From: Myxococcota bacterium
Lineage (GTDB): Bacteria > Myxococcota > UBA4151
Assembly: GCA_040260805.1 (NCBI GenBank)
Contig: JBDQPD010000098.1
Location: 1-13,316, forward strand
Direction of reading: 5' to 3'
DNA: 13,316 nucleotides
The first letter of the stretch is position 1. The number at the start of each line of letters is the position of its first letter. The notes beneath the pieces were generated by a model. That model was given only the letters and a program-made list of their open reading frames with translations, did no database searches and was not told the origin of the DNA. Below, in pieces: positions 7,505-13,316 of this stretch. The translations under genes were made by a program, and so were the position numbers.

Positions 7505-8692
7505 ATGGCGAAGCGTAAGTTTAAACCTTTCCCTAAGGACAATTCGACTGTGAATCTCGTATCGAGCTACATGGGTCAAATCGCTCGCGTGCCGCTGCTC
7601 TCAGCGGACCAGGAGCGTGTTTTGGCAGAGGAGTTGGTCTCAAACGAACTCGCCTTCTGGCAGCTGGTTCTCCAGGTGCCTCGAGGGCTTCGCACGGCCG
7701 CAGAGGTTTTTGGAGAGCTAGGTGAGGGCGAAGAAGAGGTCCCAGGACCCTTGGGTCTGGCGCTCCGCGCCGCCGCGCTCAACATCGACGATATGCCGAA
7801 GCACAAAGAACTCGAAGAGCTAGCGTGGCATTGCCGGGCGGACGACCCTGACCGGGTTTTCTTCTCGGATGTGATGATGCGCTTGTCGGTTCGGCTTCAG
7901 GGGCGCGGCAGTCGAGAGATCTTTCAAAAGAATCTGGGTGTCCGGCAGATGCGCAAGATCAGCGATCAGTTCGATCTGACCCTGGACCGCCGCAATAAGT
8001 TTGTCCGGTCGAATCTGCGGCTGGTGGTCAGCGTCGCTCGCGACTTCAAGCATCACAACCTAGGACTTCTCGACTTAGTTCAAGATGGCAACCTCGGGTT
8101 GATGCGCGCAGTGCATCGCTTCGACCCGCGCATGGGCTTTCGCTTCTCGACCTACGCTCACTGGTGGATTCGTCAGGCGATCGAGCGCTCGATCTTGAAC
8201 CGCGGCTCGACGATCCGGGTGCCGGTGCATGTGCATGACACCCGCCGAGCCGTACGCAAAGCAACGCATGAGCTGACTCGACGCCTCGGGCGGGAGCCTA
8301 GCTACGAGGAAATCGCCGAGCACGCAGCGATCACCGTGGCAAAGGTCGATCAGGTGCTCAACGACATCCCGCAGGATCCGTTCAGTTTGGACGCCAAGTT
8401 GAGTCGGGTCGATGGTGATGCGAGCCTGATGGACGTGATCGCCGATGAGGACGCAATGCTCCCGGATGATCAGGCGATCCTGAGCCTCGATGGGCGACGG
8501 GCGCTCAAGCTGCTCGCCGGGCTGACCGAGATGGAACAAGACATCGTCAAGCGGCGGTTTGGACTGGGTGGGGTGGCGGTCGAGACTCTTGAGTCGATCG
8601 GTCAAAGTTATGACCTCAGCCGTGAGCGCATTCGCCAGATCCAAGCTCGAACCATCAAACGCTTGCAAGCGTTGGTTCAAGTCGGAGCTTAG
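7505..8692 (+). CDS. RNA polymerase sigma factor, sigma70 family, RpoD/RpoS-like group 2 (no region 1.1)
   Basis: Region 1.2 is SYMGQIARVPLLSADQE. Region 2 includes NLRLVVSVA and DLVQDGNLGLMRAVHRFDPRMGFRFSTYAHWWIRQAI. Region 3 is LGREPSYEEIA and region 4.2 is TLESIGQSYDLSRERIRQIQ. The start is moved from GTG 7442 to ATG 7505 because GGAGG lies 7 nt upstream. Confidence 0.93.
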   Translation: MAKRKFKPFPKDNSTVNLVSSYMGQIARVPLLSADQERVLAEELVSNELAFWQLVLQVPRGLRTAAEVFGELGEGEEEVPGPLGLALRAAALNIDDMPKHKELEELAWHCRADDPDRVFFSDVMMRLSVRLQGRGSREIFQKNLGVRQMRKISDQFDLTLDRRNKFVRSNLRLVVSVARDFKHHNLGLLDLVQDGNLGLMRAVHRFDPRMGFRFSTYAHWWIRQAIERSILNRGSTIRVPVHVHDTRRAVRKATHELTRRLGREPSYEEIAEHAAITVAKVDQVLNDIPQDPFSLDAKLSRVDGDASLMDVIADEDAMLPDDQAILSLDGRRALKLLAGLTEMEQDIVKRRFGLGGVAVETLESIGQSYDLSRERIRQIQARTIKRLQALVQVGA

Positions 8693-9108
8693 TCCTCAAG
8701 CGGCGTCTGGATGCTCCAGTCCATCGACGAGATTCGTGTACCCAAGGCGGCTGCTCTGCTGCCCATCTGAAACACGAAGACGCCGGCGGCGATCGAGACA
8801 AACGACAGCACTCTGACGAGCGTTCCAGCTGAGTCAGGATACCGGTAGACGAGCGCGGCGAGGACAGCGCCCGCTACGATCCAGATACCGCCGAGCACAC
8901 GCAGGCGCATCCCTTTGTCTTCTTGCTCGCTGACCAGCTGGGGTCGCAGACTCACCCAGACCCGATCGACGAGCGCCGGCTCTAGACTCTCCTCTTCGAG
9001 CAGTCGCGTGCGCAGCGCCACGGGGTCCTCTCCGTCGAGAATCCTTTTACGAACATGCATGAGCAGCGCCATCAGCGCACCTCGGAATGCCTCGTCTTCC
9101 TCGTTCAT
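8689..9108 (-). CDS. Hypothetical membrane protein (139 aa; acidic helical N-domain, two C-terminal TM helices)
   Basis: GGAG precedes ATG 9108 (MNEEDEAF...), and this start avoids overlap with the upstream gene. Hydrophobic segments are VLGGIWIVAGAVLAALVY and LVRVLSFVSIAAGVFVF. Confidence 0.75.
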   Translation of the reverse strand: MNEEDEAFRGALMALLMHVRKRILDGEDPVALRTRLLEEESLEPALVDRVWVSLRPQLVSEQEDKGMRLRVLGGIWIVAGAVLAALVYRYPDSAGTLVRVLSFVSIAAGVFVFQMGSRAAALGTRISSMDWSIQTPLED

Positions 9109-9166
9109 GGCTTCTCCGTTGGCTTCGGGGTGCCGTCGCTTTGAGGCGCTGTCAATCAAGCCCTCA

Positions 9167-10252
9167 CTACTTGGTAGTATAAGGGAACTTGACCTGGGCT
9201 GCACGGCCCGGCGGAAAGGTTAGGTTGCTAAACTCTCCCAGGAGGCAGCCTGCGGCATATTGCGCTCCGGCGTTGCCGCTTGGCCCGGTCACTCCATTAA
9301 TTTGACCGTCCTTGGTCACGCTGATCGAAAAGGTGCGGCGGCCGACCAAGGCGGGGTAGTCACGCTGAGCACGCCGAATACACGCATCCCAAATCGCTCG
9401 ACGAACGTTCATCGAGCGTTTTATTTCTTCGACTCGATTCGCCGAGTCGGCAGGCAACTCAATCCCCCGACTCTTTTTCTTTTTGACGATTCGAATCACT
9501 TTGGGAGCCTTCTTATCAGCTTGAACTTTGGGCTCAGTGACAGGCTCTTTGGTTTCGGCAGGCTTGGTGACGGGTTGTGTTTCCACTGCAGCAGCCTTGC
9601 TTGGCTCTGCCGCGTCGTTCGTGCTGGCTTTTCTATCCGTGCCGGCTTGAGCCGCTGGCGTGGCTTTGGGGGCGATCTGAGGGCTTGCTTTGACGTCAGA
9701 CTGATGAGCGCCCGTATCGCTTTGAGCGATGAGCGCACCAGAATCGGCGACTTGAACCGGAGGAGCAGCTGCGGGTGGGAGCCTAAGCGCCGCAGCCGAT
9801 GTTCCTTGAGCCGGATCAGCGAGCTGAGTCCAGAGCAGGTATGCAGCACCTAGACCAATCACGATACCTGCCAAAACACCAACAGGTAGACCGACTGATG
9901 AGATCACGCCTCGATCACCGCCGCGTCGCTCGCGGCCAGGTCGATCGCCTGCGAAGGGGCTGTCACCCTCTTCGATAAAGGTCGGAAGGTTAAGGGCTTC
10001 TGTGCCCTCTGGGTTGGAGAACTCGGTCTGCTCACCAGTGAACTCATCTCGCTGAGCCACCGCTTCGCGGATCCAAAGCGTGCGCTCGTGCGAGCTCACA
10101 GGAACCCAGGCGACAAAGCCTTCGGTCCATGCCGCTTCGTTCCCTTGAATACCGCCACTCGCGACCCAGGCGCGCAGGTGCTCTGCGGTGCCTTGCCAAA
10201 CGATCTCGCCGTTTCGAGCGATGTACCAAACTGAGGTCAAGTCGACAGGCAT
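9167..10252 (-). CDS. GYF_2 (DUF4339)-like domain, TM helix, Pro/Ala/Lys linker and AgmX/PglI (TonB_C-like) C-terminal domain; GltJ/AgmX-like architecture
   Basis: AGGAG ribosome-binding site. The N-terminus is WYIARNG...LRAWVASGGI...WTEGFVAWVP and the TM helix is VGVLAGIVIGLGAAYLLW. The C-terminus, ACIRRAQRDYPALVGRRTFSISVTKDGQI...GCLLGEFSNLTFPP...VKFPY, has the family's two Cys and FP motifs. Confidence 0.8.
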   Translation of the reverse strand: MPVDLTSVWYIARNGEIVWQGTAEHLRAWVASGGIQGNEAAWTEGFVAWVPVSSHERTLWIREAVAQRDEFTGEQTEFSNPEGTEALNLPTFIEEGDSPFAGDRPGRERRGGDRGVISSVGLPVGVLAGIVIGLGAAYLLWTQLADPAQGTSAAALRLPPAAAPPVQVADSGALIAQSDTGAHQSDVKASPQIAPKATPAAQAGTDRKASTNDAAEPSKAAAVETQPVTKPAETKEPVTEPKVQADKKAPKVIRIVKKKKSRGIELPADSANRVEEIKRSMNVRRAIWDACIRRAQRDYPALVGRRTFSISVTKDGQINGVTGPSGNAGAQYAAGCLLGEFSNLTFPPGRAAQVKFPYTTK

Positions 10253-10338
10253 TACGTCTCCTGCTTACCATCTTCGGATAAACAGGGGCTTACGTCCAAA
10301 AATTGGAGCCGTGATGCGCTAGATTGTGACCCGGTCGC

Positions 10339-11424
10339 TCAGTCTGCGATTTTGGCGTCTTGCCAATCTCGCCCAGCTTCCATCATCCACGACTCATCGA
10401 GTTGCCAACGCTCAACCTTGAGCGGCAGCTCAACCGGGGTGCCGTTGGGTGTGCGAACCGCAAAGGTCATCTCCATGGTCATGTACTTCGTGTGAGCTGG
10501 GACCAAGGGGAGTTGATACTGACCGACAACCACGCCCGGAGGAAAGTCAGGGACGAGATTAGAAGGACGCTCGACCAGCATGTAGGGCTCGGTGCTGTCC
10601 GCATCGATTTGGCGACGGCCACCCTTGATGCACAGGTTGCTGAAGAACTTCTCTTCATCGATGGGCAGCTTGAGCTCACCGCCAAAGGCGTCGAGATGGA
10701 TGCTCGGAACACCGGTGAAGGGCTCGCGCCGAACCTGCGCTTCGCTCTTGGCAAACTCTTCTGCCTCTTCAACGTGGCTCTGAACGATCTCGAGCGCTTC
10801 TTTCTTCCACGCCTCAAAGTCCTCGATCGCCTTTTGACCCTCGCCCATGGTGTTGGGGCCCAGGCAAACGCTTGAAGACCAAGGGCCGAAGCTCAAGTCG
10901 CCCGGGAAGTTCCACATGGCGAAGTCAGCGAGCAAGGTCTGGTTGCCGCCAACGTCCGCTTTGCGAATGTTGAAGATGTCTAAGCGAAAGCTGTCTTTAC
11001 GCATCGTCACTTCAGGGCTGTAATCGCCCATGCGCATCTTATCAAAGATGGTCTTCGTGAACTCGTAGAACTCTTTTTTGGTGTCGTATTTGTCCTTGGG
11101 AATGGTGCCCTTAGCGAGCTTATCTTCGAGCTCTTTGATCTGCGCATCTTGCGCGAAGAAGGCCGGATATTCCTTGTATTCACGGCGAGCTTGCAGCCCA
11201 GCCATCTCGCGGAAGTAGATCGACAACCAGCTCTGGACTTCGTCCGAGTAGTTCTCGTCTTGGCTGATCACCTGCGGCAGGTTTCGAACCAGCTTTTGGC
11301 GGAGTTTGGCGACGTCGCGCTCGTAGCGCACCTGTCGCTGGTTGATCCCTGAGTCGTACCATTGCCAGACGGCGACGCCGCCCAAACCAGCAAAGACCAA
11401 AAAGACGATAAAAACCTTCTTCAT
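10339..11424 (-). CDS. Hypothetical N-terminally anchored / exported protein (361 aa)
   Basis: The start MKKVFIVFLVFAGLGGVAVWQW has a basic n-region and hydrophobic helix at ATG 11424, preceded by AAGGTG. The composition is globular and protein-like: an alpha-rich N half and a beta-rich C half. Confidence 0.82.
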   Translation of the reverse strand: MKKVFIVFLVFAGLGGVAVWQWYDSGINQRQVRYERDVAKLRQKLVRNLPQVISQDENYSDEVQSWLSIYFREMAGLQARREYKEYPAFFAQDAQIKELEDKLAKGTIPKDKYDTKKEFYEFTKTIFDKMRMGDYSPEVTMRKDSFRLDIFNIRKADVGGNQTLLADFAMWNFPGDLSFGPWSSSVCLGPNTMGEGQKAIEDFEAWKKEALEIVQSHVEEAEEFAKSEAQVRREPFTGVPSIHLDAFGGELKLPIDEEKFFSNLCIKGGRRQIDADSTEPYMLVERPSNLVPDFPPGVVVGQYQLPLVPAHTKYMTMEMTFAVRTPNGTPVELPLKVERWQLDESWMMEAGRDWQDAKIAD

Positions 11425-11504
11425 ACCAGCACACCTTTTCCGAGAGCGCAGAAGCATTAGGGCTTTGCTCTCGTTCAGACAAGGGCGGTTTGTCGCTCGA
11501 GCTC

Positions 11505-13316
11505 TTAGGGCAGATCGACTCCGCCGCGATTCCCCGCAGGGTCCGTGGCTTCACAGCGCTGCAGTTTTAAGCCCGTAGCCCAGTCTCTGAGCGGTAAAAC
11601 AAACTGTTCGAGCGCTCCGTCAGCCACCTCGTCTGAAGGTATTAATTCGACAAAGTTTTCTTGGCTCCCACAGCGGACGGCCACGGTTCGGTCATCATCC
11701 CGCACTTTAATCCGTAGGATTTTCTTCTTGAGGTCGTAAGCGACGAGACTCAGCACAGGCGCCTGGTGATCCACTCGAAAGGTTTGCGAAGTGCTCGCTG
11801 GAGACCAGCTGCTTTGTCCATCTCGTACCGAGACGCTCAGGGCATAACTTCCGTGCACCAAGGCGCTCGTATTTAGGTTCGTATAGTGCTGAGTTTGTTG
11901 CCACGTTTTGAGGCGCTGTGTTTTTCCTGAAGTGAGCCGCAAGAGGGACACGTTAAAGACCAACGGGTCCTCGTCAGGATCTTCTGCTTTCCAAGTGATC
12001 GCTCGATAGCCCTCTTTTCGAGTCAGGCGCGCCCGCTCTTCAGCCGGTTTCGGCTGGGCGCCGATCTGATAATCTTTGAGCTCGTCATCGGGCAGGGTGA
12101 CCCCTTTTTCATAGGCGAGGTCGACGGGCTTACCCTCAAGGCGCGTTCGCTCCTGCAGCGGGCGGACAAGGATCATCGCTGGGGCTCGGTTGATCGGCCT
12201 AACGAACTGCTCGATACGCCGAATCTTTGAGTTGGGTTTGAGCTCGAGCTCGAGCTGCACATACCGAGCGGTCCCGCCGGGCGCGTCTTGCCAGGCGGAC
12301 CAACCTCTAGGCGAGGGCGCCTGACCAAAGCGCCAGCGCACCTGCTTGATCGCTTGGCTGTCCACTCTCAGGTTACCCCAATGTGCCACGTGTCCGCCTG
12401 CATCAAGGACCGGCGAGCGATACCGATGCGCTCCTTTTTGAGGTTGGCGGATCAATCCGCCGCCGACCAAGGTGAGCCTGCCTTGGCGCCAGCCGAGGGC
12501 TTCGATTGGGCGCAGATCACCGACGGCAGTTCGAAGGTGCGTCCGGCGCGCATCGGCGTGATCGGAGTGGACGCTGATTCGGTGCAGTCTGCCGACGTCA
12601 CTCGCCACCCAGAGCCAGCCTTCGCTTGGGCGGCGCTTGGAGCGGACTTCATGGACCATGTCCATCGGCGTTGAGCCCGAGCTCACCCAGAGCGTCTGCG
12701 CGACGCCGTTGACCAGATCGATACGCTCGACCACGCCGCTGCCACGCGATTGCGGCGATGGACTCGGCAGATCACTGTTGTCGTCATTTTCGCTGCTCAC
12801 GCTCAGCGCCGCCAGCGCGTTCGTTAGGGCGACGAGCTTTCGGACCTCGGGTTTGCTGGTCACCCCAACCACCTCGAGTTGATCTTTTGACCAGCGCCAG
12901 ACGCGCCCGTCGGTCAAGCCTCCTGCGTACACGTTGCCGCCGACCATCGTCACGCTGCGTAAGCCCTCACCGAGGACCTTGGTCGATGCGACCACTTCGG
13001 TACCTTTGATCCGGTAGAGCGCAGCGGGCTGTCCGGCCGCGACGACGACGCCGTCGTCGGTGCAGTGCAAGGACCACAGCGAGCGGTGGCTGGAGCTGAG
13101 CGCGACCACCTTGAACGACGCGCTCGATCTGGCTTGGTAGCGCAAAAGGCCGCCGGGCATGCCGGCGACGTAGACGCCCGATCGATTGGAGCAAGCATCA
13201 CCCATATGACGCTGCTCATCGTTGAGCAGGGTCTTCCCGTTCTCGTCGATCAACCGCAACGGAGAGCCGATCAAGAGGTGACCATTGCTCAAGAGGCGCA
13301 AGGCAGGTCCGGGAAC
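11505..13316 (-). CDS. Hypothetical beta-propeller protein with C-terminal beta-sandwich (Fn3/Ig-like) domains; 5' end probably outside window
   Basis: The frame stays open to the window edge (VPGPALRLL...). Repeated propeller-blade motifs are GVYVAG..GGLLRY, GVVVAAGQPAALYRI, NVYAGGLTDGRVWRW and LWVASDVGRLHRI. These are followed by YRSPVLDAG, WSAW, ARYVQLELEL, NRAP, ITWKAEDPDEDPLVF, GSYALSVSVRDG, FRVDHQAP and ATDPAGN. Confidence 0.75.
   Translation of the reverse strand, partial: VPGPALRLLSNGHLLIGSPLRLIDENGKTLLNDEQRHMGDACSNRSGVYVAGMPGGLLRYQARSSASFKVVALSSSHRSLWSLHCTDDGVVVAAGQPAALYRIKGTEVVASTKVLGEGLRSVTMVGGNVYAGGLTDGRVWRWSKDQLEVVGVTSKPEVRKLVALTNALAALSVSSENDDNSDLPSPSPQSRGSGVVERIDLVNGVAQTLWVSSGSTPMDMVHEVRSKRRPSEGWLWVASDVGRLHRISVHSDHADARRTHLRTAVGDLRPIEALGWRQGRLTLVGGGLIRQPQKGAHRYRSPVLDAGGHVAHWGNLRVDSQAIKQVRWRFGQAPSPRGWSAWQDAPGGTARYVQLELELKPNSKIRRIEQFVRPINRAPAMILVRPLQERTRLEGKPVDLAYEKGVTLPDDELKDYQIGAQPKPAEERARLTRKEGYRAITWKAEDPDEDPLVFNVSLLRLTSGKTQRLKTWQQTQHYTNLNTSALVHGSYALSVSVRDGQSSWSPASTSQTFRVDHQAPVLSLVAYDLKKKILRIKVRDDDRTVAVRCGSQENFVELIPSDEVADGALEQFVLPLRDWATGLKLQRCEATDPAGNRGGVDLP

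Noticed and set aside
8075..8680. 201-aa antisense ORF within the sigma factor (similar + strand ORFs at 9260-9853 and 10360-10875)
   Set aside because: They are opposite-strand shadows of well-supported genes and have no recognisable features.
9127..9155. Perfect -35 TTGACA on the - strand (9150-9155)
   Set aside because: The hexamer 17 nt downstream is CACCCC, not a plausible sigma70 -10, so a promoter cannot be supported.
9109..9204. Longer 171-aa version of the 2-TM protein
   Set aside because: It overlaps the 3' end of the upstream gene, and ATG 9108 has its own Shine-Dalgarno.
9525..9590. Imperfect repeat (PVTKP / PVTEP) in the GltJ-like gene, and KPV repeats at ~3250-3300
   Set aside because: These are ordinary low-complexity linker sequences.
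10286..10310. Inverted repeat TCCAA-AAA-TTGGA in the 10253-10338 gap
   Set aside because: The 5-bp stem has no U-tract or recognisable promoter context and is expected by chance.
12240..12256. Tandem palindrome GAGCTCGAGCTCGAGCT
   Set aside because: It is explained by coding for Leu-Glu-Leu-Glu-Leu in a beta-strand.
1..13316. CRISPR arrays, tRNA/rRNA, IS elements, prophage or defence genes
   Set aside because: I found no spaced repeats, RNA gene signatures, or transposase, integrase or nuclease motifs, and the window is almost entirely coding.

Overview
Gene-dense bacterial DNA of roughly 60% GC, estimated by eye. The AgmX/PglI-type C-terminal domain, GYF_2 domain, AMIN protein and accD-folC-lptD order suggest Myxococcota or a related deltaproteobacterial lineage (inference). 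The + strand carries a largely translationally coupled operon: 3' end of accD, folC, an unusual AMIN / ~440-aa coiled-coil / AMIN protein, a divergent lptD, an orphan trpG/pabA glutamine amidotransferase and anmK. A 130-bp intergenic region follows, packed with candidate regulatory signals: a near-consensus CRP-type box overlapping a -35, a 10-bp-period direct repeat and a hairpin that sequesters the ribosome-binding site. It precedes a sigma70-family factor that lacks region 1.1 and has RpoS-like residues. Converging on the - strand are four uncharacterised envelope genes: a truncated beta-propeller/Ig-like protein, an N-anchored periplasmic protein, a GltJ/AgmX-like GYF_2-TM-TonB_C protein and a small 2-TM protein. 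I saw no RNA genes, CRISPR arrays or mobile elements. All calls are from motif recognition only; no searches were run.
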